Part shown: positions 22,420 to 35,074 of the stretch, one piece after another
Layout: every line of letters begins with the position of its first letter
How positions within the stretch are numbered: position 1 is the stretch's first letter
Program-made: the position numbers and the translations under genes
Notes under the pieces: model-generated
Databases searched by the model: none
What the model saw: only the letters and a program-made list of their open reading frames with translations
What the model was told of the DNA's origin: nothing
Assembly: GCA_013239625.1 (NCBI GenBank)
Contig: MU054001.1
Span: forward strand, 3,574,167-3,638,166
Source: Lama guanicoe
Lineage: Eukaryota
Length of the DNA stretch: 64,000 nucleotides
Direction: 5' to 3'

Positions 22420-23275
22420 TCAGAATAAAACTCAGTCCCCTAACTATGGTCTCCCAGGCCCTCTGTAATCACTCTATAGTGCTTTTTTCTCAAACATGTC
22501 ACCCCTACTCCCACACCAACTCCTTCCCCCTGCAGGACCTTTTATTTGCTACTCCTTCCTCCTAAAACCTTCTTCCCTTAGATAGTGTGCGTCTGGACAC
22601 CTTAGTTCATTCAACCCTCTGCTCAAATCTCATGTCAAGATGCCTCTCCTGTCCATTTGACTTATGGGATAATGGTATTTATACATTGTCTCTCCGCACG
22701 TGGCAGAGAGAGCCCCCAAATCCATCCTCTACCTCTTCAATTCAGTTATAAAATCCTCAAGTTTTAGCCGGGCAGAGGGCCATCCAGCTGGAGACTACAC
22801 TTTCCAGCTTCCCTTGCAGCTCGATGTGACCATGTGATTCAGATCTGCCTAATGGGATGTGAGCAGAAGTGCTGTGTGCAACCCTCAGGTCAGGTCCTTT
22901 AAGGACACTGCCTGCCCTACATATCCCTCTTTTCAGCCGTGACCATGTGAGTGACAACATCCCACTGGGGGCTGGCAGAGCTGGTGGAAGGAACCTGGGT
23001 CCCTGGATGACTTGTGGGGTGAAGCCACCCTCCTTCCCCACCCTGGACTGCTTACCAGCTGGGACTTTCAGTGAGAGAGAGGCGAGCCTGTTTTGTTAAA
23101 GCATGGTTACTTAGTTTCTGTCAGGCAGGAAAGCCAAGTTTAGCTATGGACTAAAGTACCCCAGCGGATAGTCAGCTCCAAGCAGGCGGGGACCAGGGCT
23201 GTATCTGCAGCACTTGGACCCGTGACTGTCACATCATAGGCACCAAATAAGTATTTAGTGGCTGAAGCTGTGAAA
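22420..23275 (+). mobile_element. L2 fragment interrupted by an LTR
   Basis: L2 text on both sides of the LTR: 'cagaataaaactcagtcc...tctgctcaaatctc' and 'agctccaagcaggcggggacc...cataggcaccaaataagtattt'. Confidence 0.65.
22699..23140 (+). mobile_element. LTR33/MLT1J-like old LTR
   Basis: 'gactacactttccagcttcccttgcagctcgatgtgaccatgtga...aatgggatgtgagcagaagtg'. Confidence 0.75.
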
Positions 23276-24214
23276 TGAAAGTGGGAACAGAAAACTGTCT
23301 GTGGGCCCACGATGGCAGAGAAGAGGGCAAGAGGGCAGGGACTTAAATGCAAGGGTTCCTCTGCCTAACAGGCACTGTGGATACCCGTGGTCGGGACATG
23401 AGAGCCCTGGACTGGGGGACAGCAGCCTGACCTGGGTATTGCTGCCTCCCAGCCTGGGCAGCCTTTGAGATTCATCACCCTTCTGTCTCAGTTTCTCCTA
23501 TTGTGAAATGGAAGCCATGGTAGTCATTCAGTTTCCATCAGGAAGATGCAGAGGCAGTGAGGGGTGGGCTCCACTGGGGAAGCCCACGAGTGCCCCTTGG
23601 GGGAAGGGCTATCACTGTGCGATCAGGACTCGGATGCCTCACTCAAAGCTTTGCGTCGCCAAGGTGTTTCCCACGACACCCTGCAGGGAGTTTTTTCCGG
23701 CTACAGCCCACCTGGCAGGCTCTGCTTCTACTGTCAGAGCAATGACAGCCTGGCTACAAGGGAACAGCCAGGCTTAAACCAACCAGGAGAGGAGGAGGAT
23801 CTGGTGAACTCAGGGCTGTTCCCTCTTTGCTTTGCTCGGAAGGGAGAAGAAAGCAGGCAGTGTGCTGACACAGGGGAGGGGCGATTTCCCCATGCCTCGT
23901 TGCAGAAAGCAGCAAAGCCAGCAAGCTGGTAGAGGGAACACCTATGCGTATGGCAAACCCGAGCCTTCCCACGGGAACGACCAGAGCACAAGGTACCCCG
24001 TTCCAACCTCTGAGCAAGCAGCTCATCCGCATCTGAATAAGAAGCAGGGGGATGCATTCCTATAACCCATCTGCGGATGTTGAAGGCATATCAACTCACA
24101 AAGCAGCCATGTGACTTTCAAGGTTTACTCAGGCATTCAGCAAGTATTATGCACCTACTGCATACCCTGCACTGTGCAGGTATGCCAAAAGACAAGATAA
24201 AGAGGAAGGGAACA

Positions 24215-24440
24215 AGCTTTGTTGGGTGCCTATCGGGTGCTAAATCTCATGCCAGACTTTGCGTGCATTTTCTTATTTTGTCCTTACAGCACCCTGATGA
24301 GAGCCATGGTATTTTTATAGAGGATAAGGCTGAGACTCAGAGAGGTTAAGAAATGTACCCAAGGTCACACAGCCAGGAAGAGATGGAGCAGGGGCAGAGC
24401 CCTGGACCAGCTGTCTCCTAAGACCATCTTCTTTTCCACA
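24215..24440 (-). mobile_element. MIR SINE
   Basis: 'gaggataaggctgagactcagagaggttaagaaatgtacccaaggtcacacagcc'. Confidence 0.9.
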
Positions 24441-24489
24441 GCAAGTTTCTGCCCTCCCAGAACTATTAGTCATTTCAATAATAATACTT

Positions 24490-25035
24490 ATTATTATTAT
24501 TATTATTATTTTCTTTATTTTAAAAATTCTTATTTGGTATATAACATGTATACCACCAAGTATATTCATTAGGTGCAGCTCAGTGAATTTTCACAAATCC
24601 GCACACCCTGTCACCAGCAGCAAATCAAGAAGCAGAAGACTGAAGCACCCACAAAACCGCCCTCACCCCCTTTCAGGGACTGCCCTCACCCCTCAGGGGA
24701 GCCATGCTCCTGACTTCTAATAGCTCAGATTAGTTTTGAACTTGACATCAGTGGAATTACACAGGATGGACTCTTCGGTGTCTGGCTTCCTTCACTCCAC
24801 ATGGAGCTTATCCACCTCATCTGTGCTGCTGTGTGTCGTGGTGGCCTTCCATTCTCGGGGCTGTATAGTATTCCTTTGTGTCAATAGCCACCTGCTACTT
24901 ATCTACGTGCTGCTGATGAGCATGGGGTCACTTTCCAGTTTTGTGCGGTTACAAATGATGCATCTCTGAACAGGAGCCTCCCAGTATGTGTCCTCCGGCA
25001 GACACATGGCTGCGTCCTGCGGACGTGCACCTGGG
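24490..25035 (-). mobile_element. L1 (L1MC/L1MD-type) 3' fragment with (ATT)n tail
   Basis: 'gctcagtgaattttcacaa', 'tgtctggcttccttcactc', 'gctgtatagtattcc'. Confidence 0.75.
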
Positions 25036-25329
25036 GGAGATACGCTAAGTGTCTTGCAGGCAGTCTCCCACTGAGTTCCCACGGGGACCCAATGAGCTGC
25101 TACAATGATTAGCCTAATTTTACAGATGAGTTAGTTAAGGCTTGAAGTGATGTCTCCAAGTTCCCCCAGGTAGAAGCAGCAGACCACCTATGACCCCAGG
25201 TCTCACTTCAGAGCTTGAAACTTTAACTCCTGCCCTGTACAGTGACATCCATGCCTCAGTGCCATTATCTATGAGTTTAAAAAACCCCAAACAGACAAAC
25301 GAGACCCACCTTAAGACAGGTGGCAGAGC

Positions 25330-25542
25330 AGGGCACCAACACTGGAGCTGGACTGCCTGGCTCCAAGTCCCAGCCTCACCACTTAACCAGCTATGTGACT
25401 TGGGACAAGCTGCTTCACCTTTCTGTGCCTCAGTTTCCTCCCCTGTAAATTTGGGGCGATTGTGAGGATGAAATGGGTTAATACATTTCAAATACCTAGT
25501 GCATGCAGGCATTGCAAACACACAAAGCTAGCTGTTATTAAT
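25330..25542 (+). mobile_element. MIR SINE
   Basis: 'ccacttaaccagctatgtgacttgggacaagctgcttcacctttctgtgcctcagtttcctc...gtgaggatgaaatg'. Confidence 0.9.
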
Positions 25543-26649
25543 ACCGTGGGGTGAGGAAGCCTGCATGGTTATTCAACAAAGCAAAACCTACAGGTAGGTT
25601 TGACACCGTGTGGTCGGCATCAGATTGTGATAGCTAGAGGGCAGCTCAGTGGTCTTAAAGTCCAAAGAGCCCACTTTATAGAGGGGAAAGCTGAGGCTGG
25701 AGGAAGGGAAAGTCTTTCTCTGGGACACCGCCAGTTAAAGGGAGGGGCAAGGTCTTGCTGACGGCTCTTTCGTATAAGAAGAGCAAAAGCTTATTTGTGT
25801 TCCTTTTGCTCCATTAAAAAGCTTTTAAATCAGTAGCAGAACTCTTCAACCTCATCTCCCCCTCCAGCCACTGATCTTGGTCCTCTCTTAAGGTCTCATT
25901 GCCAAGCAAAGTCTTCTGGCGAAGGTGAGTGATTCCTTCTGCTTTCCTTTACTCTTCCCCAGTTTGGGTCCTAAAAGTCTTGCTTCAGAAACCGGGTCAA
26001 CCAGGTCCGGCTCCCAGCCCACCGCCTGGCTGTTTTGCTCAGTTTCCCTGGAGTTAACCCTTCTGCGAGCCTGCGTGATTCACTGAGAGGCCTCATAGGA
26101 ACCCACGGAGCCAACACTTGCATTGAAGCAGTCATTCTCCCAAAAAGAGACATGAGCGACCCTTCCAGAGAAGAGCAGATGGAAAATGCAGACCATCTCT
26201 AGAAACACGTAGCTGGACATCCGAGTGTCCGGATTTTGCACACCGTTCCTCAGCTGATGTCCAGCTCACGCACTGAACCTCAGCTGATGGGCACACCCGA
26301 TCGAGGAGACTGTGCGTGTGGATGTGCCCAGGCACACACGCTTGCACACATGTGCTTAGGTACCTGTTTTGCTCACCGCCACCCCCCCCCCAAGCTACAT
26401 AGAATAGAAACTTGGTAAATTCTTATCAAATGACTAAGAACATATGTGTTTTGTACATTCAGGACTGTGCTTTTCCACTGAATTACAGATTGGCTTTGAG
26501 TCTCAATTCTACTCATTTTAAAGGAACGCACACACAAACGCCCACAGGAGCTTGTAGTAATATAAACAGTGAAAGAGGGAGATTAGCCCACAGGAAGCAG
26601 GGCTCCCCCACTCTATCTAAAGGGGGCAGCCTCTACTCACTTCCAGTGT

Positions 26650-26836
26650 CTGCTGCCAAATAGCAAATCTGGATTTTTTTTTTTTTAAGAGGGAAGGGGG
26701 TCAAGTTTTCTGATTTTCAAATGTTGGAAGCTCGTAAAAAACACAAACCAAACCAGACCAAAAACATCGCACGGGCCAAATAAAACAGAACCGAAGGCTG
26801 CACTGGGTTCTCAGGCCCCTAGGTTTGCAACCTCTG
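26650..26836. mobile_element. hAT-type MER DNA transposon fragment
   Basis: 'ttttcaaatgttgg...gggccaaataaaaca...gtttgcaacctctg' resembles old hAT MER ends; subfamily not assigned. Confidence 0.55.
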
Positions 26837-26844
26837 ACTTTCGA

Positions 26845-27020
26845 GCTACGGAAGTGCGGGCATATCACGGAGCCTCCCCATGCCCCAGTTTCCTCAGCTG
26901 TGAAACGAGAAGTCCTGCCCTCCTTTTCTGTCCATGTGCTGTGAGGCACGCGTGCGAGCGCACATGTAAGATGTTACCGCCTTGCGAGCCGCAGTGACTC
27001 AGCGATCTGCAGGTAGCGAC
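26845..27020 (+). mobile_element. Degenerate, CpG-rich MIR
   Basis: 'ccccagtttcctcagctgtgaaacg...gctgtgagg...catgtaag' is colinear with the MIR core. Confidence 0.6.
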
Positions 27021-27304
27021 ACTTACATGATGCATGTACATTTCCTAAATACACTTGTCTGAAAGGCGTAGTGCTTCTCCCACAAAGTCAGCTGTGCCAG
27101 GCATCTTTTTCCTTCTCCTTTTCCTGAGAACTTTAGGTAGTAAATACAGCCCTGGCTTCAAAAGGAATTTTTTTTTAAACGAAGTAAAAATTCCTCTGAA
27201 TTTAAAGCCAATCCACCCAGTCACTGAAATAAGGGAGACTTTAGCGCTTTAGCGGGATCCAGCCTCCCAGGTCAGGTGGGGGAGCAGATAGGTTTTGGCA
27301 GACC

Positions 27305-27800
27305 TGTCAGTCAGGGTTCCATTTGAGAAGCAGGCTCTCCTAGGAGATGAGTCTGTTCCAGGGATTTGACGTGATGCACGAGGTGGGGGTGCTGGTTAAG
27401 CTGTCTCTGAAAGGCTGCTCTCCCACATCTGATGCTAGAACCTGTCCTCAGGGTAGCAGTTGGGAAAGGAAGATACAAGCAAAGTGCCGAACAAGCCTGA
27501 TGAGATCAGAAGCTGGCGCCCCCCGAGGACAGAGGGAAATCTCGTTGTCTCTGATCTTGGTGGGGCGGGCTCTCGCACAGTTGCTGAAGGAAGATGCAGG
27601 GGAGGGTGGGGTTTGCAGGTCCCGCTGCTGATTCGTTCCGATTTCATGAGCCAGCAGATGTGGCTACAAAATGCCTCATGCTTCTCTTTCACCCTCCAGA
27701 TCTCCCCAAAGACCCCTTCTGTGGTCCACGTGAGCTGGAACTCTAAACGGAAGAGGACTCTGGGGAATAGAGTTCAGCTGAGCTGAACTGATCCTGTCTG
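27305..27800 (-). mobile_element. Old ERVL-type LTR
   Basis: Begins 'tgtcagtcagggttcc...agaagcag' and ends 'ctctggggaatagagttcag'. Confidence 0.55.
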
Positions 27801-28021
27801 TCCAAAGCCACCATGGCAGATAAAATGGGATTCAGGTATGCCAAACAAGAGACAATGTTTTATCCCAGTGATGGGATGGGAAGCTTGGTGGACGACACCA
27901 ATGACTGCTTGTTCTAAGGACTAGAGAGCTGGGTTTGGGCCAACTGGCCAAAGACAGTAAGTCTCGAGATAGGGAGAGGCAAGGATCAGAGCGGAGGGGA
28001 GATGGGATGAAGGCTTCTGTA

Positions 28022-28357
28022 TGCCCTGGTCTGAATATCTGTGTCCTCCCAAAACCCATATGTTAAAATCCACATGCCCGGTGTGATGGTGTTAGGAGGT
28101 GGGGCCTTTGGGAGGAAATCAAGTTCAGGGTGGAACCCTTGTGAATAGGATTAGGGATCATATAAGAGACAGCACAGGGCTCCCTAGTCCCTCCCACCAA
28201 GTGAGGCTATGACAGGAAGTCTGCAACCCAGAAGAGGGTCTTCCCCAGAACCCGGTCGTGCTAGTACCCTGCTCATGGACGGATGAGATATCAGTTTTGC
28301 TGTTCATAAGCCACCAATCTGCGGCATTCTGTTACAGCAGCCCAGACAGACTAAGGC
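28022..28357 (+). mobile_element. MLT1A-like MaLR LTR
   Basis: 'tggtctgaatatctgtgtcctcccaaaacccatatgtt...ggaggtggggcctttgggagg...gttacagcagcccagacagactaaggca'. Confidence 0.9.
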
Positions 28358-30389
28358 ACACAGTCACCGTCAATTCAGAGCCTTTGGGAAGCTCAAGAGA
28401 AGGGGAGAGACCTGGCTCCTGCTGCAGGGTTGTGTGACCCGGGCAAGGGAGCCCTGCTGGGAGGGAGACGGCAAGGAGGAGGCGTGCCACGTGTGAGCAC
28501 CCTCACAGGCCAGCCATGGAAACAGGAAGAGGTCTTGACAAAGAGGGGTGGTGCTTAGGGGGTCAAACTCTTCAGAAAGACTTTAAGGAGGAGGGTCAGC
28601 AGGGGATTTATTCACACGTATGACGAAAGTTCACATCCTGACAGACAGGGTGGAGACGTCTAAAACTCGGTCACCACCTGGAGAAGCTGCTAGTGGGTGT
28701 GAGGGAGAGAAAGGCCACATCATGGCCAACTGACAACAGCTTAGTTCAGAGATAAGGATCAGCAGGGTTAAAAAAAAAATAAATAGAACAAAACAAAGTA
28801 GGCTTTGTAGAGTGTTTTAGAAGAATTCTCTCCTCAGAAATCGCCCCTGGTCACCTCACCCAGGGTCCAGACTCTCTCGCCCCCTCTGCTCCCTGTGGGG
28901 CCGAGCACCTGACTGAGGGGCAGCTGGCCCATGGGCTCCAGGCTGAGCCCACCAGATCCCCTCTTTCTCTGAGGATTTGAAGTAAGAGACACTGAGAGCA
29001 GCGAGAAATATGGGGGTTAGCCTCAGAGCTTGAAGCAGAAAGGTTGGGGGAGGCAGGTGCTCAGAGAAAGTGGCCACCTTGTGTTACACGTAGGCTGATG
29101 TGTGATGAGAAACTACTCAAGAGGGAGCCCGTGTGGGACAGAGACCCCTCCTTGAAAGGGGAGCCCGCTCCCTGAGCATCCCCACCCCGGAAGGTAAGTC
29201 AGCCTCAGGACTCCCTGACCCCTATAAGAGAGTTCTTCGTTTGAATCTTCCAGGTCCCTGTGTCCTTATAACCATTGCCACCACCCTGGTGCCCTTCCCT
29301 TTGGGAAAATAAGGAGAATGCTGGTTAGAACAGCTCCTCGCCTAGAACAAAGCTACACGGCCACCTCAGCCTGTCCTCACAAGAGCCCTATCAAGCAGAA
29401 ACCATCGGGAAAGATAAGCAAATGGAGGCTCAGAATTTCTGTGGCCAAGGACAGCCAGTAGTGTGGGGAAGAGCCGGAGCCCCATCCTGGGCCTTTGGGC
29501 CTGAAATCTTCGCTCTGCTGCTCCACTAACTGGTTCCTCGGGAGTCCAGCAAGTTTAAGGACTTTAGGTTGGAGGCTGGAATTTGTTTGTGTCTTTGAGC
29601 GATGCTGGGAGTCTGGTGGGGGCAGAGGCCTGAGGGCTCATTTGAGACTCAGGAAGCAGGGCTTCTGCTTCTAGGGGTGCGGCGGAGGGGAGGTGCGGGG
29701 GGTTCACATGTGTGAACCGTGACCCGAGGCCTCTGACAATGAGGTGACAATTCTGAACTTAGCTCCCATCTTTCCACGGAAGGGGGACAAACTGGGTCTT
29801 CACATCTGCTGAGGGGGGCTGTTCAGAAAGAGTGACATGTTAGTAAGTGAGCTGTGTGGTCACACTGGTCCTGAAAGAGGCTTTAAACAAACGACCCAAA
29901 GAAAATGCTCCTGTCCTTATCATCACCTTTCTGGGACTAATTGTAAGAAATAACTCCTTAAGAAGAAAAAAAAAATCTGCATGCAAAAAGATAGCTGGCG
30001 GGGGGAGGGGCGTGCCACCCTCCTCTCTGGACTCTGCTTTCTGGTCTGTCATGTGAGGTCTGTGAGCCCGGGCACCCACAGGCACTCTGAGTAAGCGGCA
30101 GTGCCAGGCTAGCATACCTTCATCTCTGTGCCCGGTCTCCTGCCCCAGCCCCGCACAGGAAGACGGCCTTGGCCTTCTCAGACCTGAGCCTTGGGTGCCT
30201 GAGTCAGGCCCTGGCCCCACAGTCAGCTGCACGACGGCCTGTCCACCACCTCAGGGCCCATCTCCCTGCCTGGTGTCCTGGGCCGCAGCCCCACTGGCAG
30301 CATTTCTGGTCTTTAAACACACCTGCCCCAGGACCTTCCCCACCAGTGTCCCTTTGCCTGAAGCTTTGATGTCTCCTTCCGAAACCCCA

Positions 30390-30692
30390 CAGGCTGGAGG
30401 GACTTAAACCATTTATTGTCTCCCAGTTCTGGAGGCTGGAAACCTGAGGTCAAGGTGTCTGCCGGCTTGGTTCCTCCTGAGGCATCTCTGCTTGGCTTGC
30501 AGACACCACCTCCTTTCTCCCTGTGACCTCACAGGGTCTTCCCTCTGTGTGCACACATCCCCGGCCCCTGTGGGTGTCCACGTTTCCTCTTTTTACAAGA
30601 AAATCTGTTAGACAAGATTAGGGCCCACCTAGGGCCTCATTTAAACTTAATAACCTCTTTAAAGGCCCTATCTTCAAATATAGTCACATTCA
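30390..30692 (-). mobile_element. MLT1B-like MaLR LTR fragment
   Basis: 'cagttctggaggctggaaacctgaggtcaaggtgtc...ttagggcccacc...aaatatagtcacattc'. Confidence 0.85.
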
Positions 30693-30954
30693 CATTTGGC
30701 TTTTTCTTGGCCAAAGGCATCATCTGCACAGGAAGCCACACACCCAGGGGCCGTGTCTGCCCGGAGGGACACCTTCTCCAAATTCTTCTAAAGGCATCAC
30801 ATAGATGCACCGTGATGCCTGCAAACCCTCTGACTTCTCACTCCGCCGCCCCCCTTGTTTGGTTTCTTTAGTGCGCTTGCAACCACCTGTCCTGCGGTTG
30901 AGTGCTCTGTTTTGTTTTTCAAAGGGACCTTGCCTTGTTCAGTGTCACCACCTC

Positions 30955-31475
30955 AGCCGCTTAGGCAGCGCCTGGCACGGGAGTAAATCTCCATCGGAGG
31001 AAGAACAGTGCTGACTGACCCTCCCGGAGGCCTCCTGAGAGACGCTGGGATGCTCCCCTCCTCTCCCGGGTCCGTGAGCTCACGCCTGGAGGCAGGGGCA
31101 TCGGGCGGGAGAACGCGGAGGCTTCCCAAGGACGAGGTACAGAAAGGAGTTCACCGGGGGTCCGGGGGGCTGCTGGCTGGCCTGAACCCCGGCTGGTGGA
31201 AATGCTGAGTGAGATGGAAAAACGGAAAAACGTCTCGAGCAGAGAGGAAGGAGCCGAGCGAGCCTTGGAGACACATAAGGGGCGCTGATGGGGGAGGGAG
31301 GAAGAAAGCACGAGAGCCTGTGAAAGAGCCCACAGTCTGCATAAAAACGCCACGGAGGGCCGAGCCGGCCCCAGATTGGCGGGAAGCGTGCAAGGCCCAG
31401 ACCGAGGAGCCCTCTGCGTCTGGGAGGGCAGCCCGTAATACCTGCGAGGCCCGCGTGTAAATCACTCCCGCGGCT
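30955..31475. promoter_or_regulatory. CpG-island-like GC-rich patch
   Basis: About 38 CpG in about 520 bp by hand count, clearly above the flanks; no repeat recognised. Confidence 0.6.
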
Positions 31476-33324
31476 GGCAGGTTGCAGAAGACATTACCCT
31501 CTAAGGAAAATCGTTTCCTGACCCCCTGGTTCATCTATTTCAGGGTGTTGTTTTTGGAATAATTGCAGGCATATAACTTGCAAAAGCATCATTTGAATAT
31601 TTTTCTTGAGGCCTGGTGAACGCCAGAGCCTCCCAATTCCCTTTTCCTGCCCAGGATTGCCCGGCCGGGTCACTGCAAGCCCAGAGGAATGTTCTGGAGA
31701 ATTCCTTTCCTCGGCTCAGTGGGCCATTGTGCATCCAGGGTGGTATTTTTCCTCGCAGGTGGACGTATTCATCTGGGGGGTTGTTGTTAAGTCGTACAAA
31801 GTCCTGGGAAGTGGCCTATTGTTCAGGGGTGGAAGGCAAAGTCGCACAAGGAATGACATTCTTATTAGAGGTTTGATGAATACAATGCAGTCGTGAAGTT
31901 TCCTTTGTTCTCGCCTCGAGGGCCCACAATTGTTCATCTATAACCTGCTCTATGGATTCAAACTTATGAATCATTTGAAAGCAAAATTTTGTGTAAGGAC
32001 TGAAGTGGAAAATGAGACCTTGATGAAATGAACTGTCAGACTGGCCCCATTTTCCTCCCCAGTGGATGCAAAGTGGCAGATTCTTGAGTTTCTCCCCCAG
32101 AGAGGGTTTGGGGGAGCCGGAATGGGCAAGACAGGGGAAGGCCGGGATGCTCACGGGTGAGGGGAGCATCTTGCCCCCTCGTGCACAGGTGTGGACGAGG
32201 CCTGGGACTCCAGGTGAGACCTCTGGATTGGCCACCGCTTCCTGGGGAGGCAGGCCTTCTTCCACTTCCCACCCTGGTTTGCTGCCCAGTCTAGGAAGCT
32301 GGGCTGGAAAGTGTTCAGCCTTTCTGGCCAGAGCTCGTCATGGGAATTCTAACTTCTTATACCTACAGAGCACTTAAGGATTTATAAACTGTTTTTACAG
32401 CCACAGTCCCATCTGATTTCACCACATTCTTGGGAGGTGAGCAGGACTGGGTTTATTATCTCCATTAGACAGATGAACAAACTGAGGAAGGGAGAGGAAG
32501 GTGATGTGATCAGATCACCAAGTGAGGACTCCAACCCAGGTCTCCTGACCTGCAGTCCAGTGCCCCCACATGCCCCTTCAGGGGGTCCAGGCCCTAGGAC
32601 AGAAAGTCCAGGGGCTCAGGCCCCTGGGAAAGGAAATGGGTCTGCTTCTCTTTACAGTAAGAGTGTGCAGTGGACAGATGATTTGTGGAAGAGGTGTGAC
32701 TTTTCTGGGTATATTGTCTGTCCCCCTATGGAGTGTGAGGTCCATGGAATCAGGGAAATTGGTCTGTTTTGTTCACTTTTGTTTCCCCAGCATCTAGAAG
32801 AATGCCTGGCACATAGTAGGTTCTCAGGACATATTTGATGAGTGAATTCGTGGATAGACACATGCATGAGGCAATCGCTCTCAGGACCAACGGTCCCCTT
32901 CTCTGGGCATCCCCTCGTCTCCCTCCTCTGGACCCTCAGACCCTTCCTGGCTCTTTCCTCCCTGAGAGCATGTGTGTCCAAGGACCCAGGAGTCCCGGTC
33001 AGAGGACAGAAGCATCTCAGCCACAAGCCATCCTGGAAAGAGCAGACTGCGGCTGGGGCCGTGTCCCATGTCATGCTCCTCAGACAGTCTTTTCTCTAAT
33101 TCTTCAAAAAAAAAAATCAGCAAGATATTGGTGTCTTTCTTTGGAATAAAATCAATTGACCAATTCACAATTATTCTGAAGACATGATTTGAGCAGCACC
33201 TCTGCGGTGGACACTGTGCTCGGCTCTGCAGAGTCCACAGCGGACAGGGGGGCCACCCTCCCATGAGCGGGGCCTCTGAGGGTGCAGGGGGGCGCCAGGG
33301 CCACCCGCCAGCCAGCCCTTTCCC

Positions 33325-33830
33325 CAGAGCTCTAGTCGGTACTGCTGCATCACAGTCTGTCTTAAGTTTAGTGGGTGAACCAATAACAGTCATTTATTAT
33401 TATTAACTATTAATTATTAATTATTATCATTATTATTACTATTGTCACTATCACTATTATTGGGGTTGAGTGAGTGCGGTGGCTCTGGGCTGGAGCCCTT
33501 CATGCAATGGCAGTCAGATGGTGGCTGGAGTCATTCTGAAAGCCTCTTCTCTCTCATGGCTGTTGGTGTCTGCATGTGACCCACGTCACAGCCTGGCAAG
33601 GGGAATCCAAGAGGCAGTGTCCCAAGAGAGAGCCAGGTAGAAGCAGGGTCCCCTTCTGTGACCTAGGAAGTCACATAGGGTCCCTGCCACCATCCTCCTG
33701 TTGACATCATCACAAAGGCCCATTCGGGGATGAAGGGAAAGGACGGAGGTTACACCTTGATGCGGGGTGGGGGTGGGGCCTTACTGTAAGAAGAGGGTGT
33801 TGGATGGAAGAAATTGTGGATGTTCGGGAC
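33325..33830 (-). mobile_element. MLT1 (F/G/H-like) LTR with internal (ATT)n expansion
   Basis: 'gcagtcagatggtggctggagtcattctgaa', 'tgacctaggaagtcacata', 'tcacaaaggccca'. Confidence 0.7.
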
Positions 33831-34164
33831 AATGCAGACTGCCCACCGCACAGATCGTGGGGAGGAGGATGGACCTTGGTCCTCTTCATTCCTTCTTCCT
33901 CACTCCCTCCCTCCCGCTTGTCTGTCTGGTTCTCAGAGAGGCATTACAGCTGCCGGGTCAGCCCACCAGCCAGGAGCCGGGTAGGGGGGAATTCTGGCTC
34001 CTCAGCTGTCTGACCAGAATGACAGCAGTGCAACCCTGCCAGCCGGATGTGATTGCTGGAGTGAGCATGGGGCGGCTGGAAGGAAAGAATATTTAGAGTC
34101 TGACAAGCCGGCTGTGAATCCCAGTTCCTTCTTCCTAGTTCTCTGCCCTGAGGACAAAAATAAT

Positions 34165-34420
34165 AATATTGATATATTTTCTGTCACTGCTTTTGGAGTA
34201 CTTGCCAGGATCAGGCCCAGACTACAGCTCTTCCTGTTTATTTTCCTACTTAAACTTCACACCAACCCAGTACCCAAGAGGTGGATATCAATATACCCTT
34301 TTTATAGCTTAGGAAACTGAGGTTCAGAGAGGTTAAGCCATTTGTCTAAGGTCACACAGCTAAGTGTCAGAACTGAACCTGGAAAGGAGCCTGTCTGCCT
34401 TGAAGTTGGAGCTGTTATTC
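34165..34420 (-). mobile_element. MIR SINE
   Basis: 'ggaaactgaggttcagagaggttaagccatttgtctaaggtcacacagctaag'. Confidence 0.9.
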
Positions 34421-35074
34421 CACCTCCCTATTCACTTAAACCACAAAATGCCTGAGTTTGTCATCCAGGACTAATAGGGCTCCTAATGCCAACCATGCAG
34501 GCTCATTCTGAGTGATGTTGGGAAGGTGTTACTGCAGATGGTGGTGGGGACAGCCTGGCTCTGTGCCAGATATGAAAGAGGAAGCAAGCCAGCAATGGCT
34601 TCAGGTTCCTTAGAACCAAGCCCCTACAGCCTTCAGAACAAGCAATTTCCAGATGTTTTGCCAGCTCTCTGCAGCCTGCCCCCTGCCCCTTCCCTCCCTC
34701 TCCTCCCCCAGCCTCTATCCCTCCAGTCCTCTGGGCTTCCCAAACCTGCAGGGCTTGCAGCCTCCTCACTGCTCCCACCAGCTGAAGAAACAGCCTGGGA
34801 AAGGCGACAGTTTTAAAGGGAAAGCACCGTGTTGAGAGAGCCGTATTTGGGAGGTCCTTGACGCCAACCAGAATAACAAGTGGAGTCTGATGTTTCTTTC
34901 TTCTTTAGCGCTGATGAAACAAGAAAAAACACAAGCAGGAACCCTTAGAGGTGTTGAGTGTGTGTTTGTTGGGCACAGGGGCATCCTTTGTGATTGGGTG
35001 AGCCTGAATTTTGCCTGAGTCCTTGAGAAGGGTATGCTGGGAAATTCCCAGTAACTGATGGCTTCCATGGCTCC

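Noticed and set aside
33281..33296. CTCF-like GGTGCAGGGGGGCGCC
   Set aside because: One G too many breaks the core spacing and the 5' CC is missing.
30961..33393. Cluster of overlapping 100-170 aa ORFs on both strands
   Set aside because: Expected in GC-rich DNA; no recognisable domain or exon structure, and partly overlapping MIR/L2 sequence.
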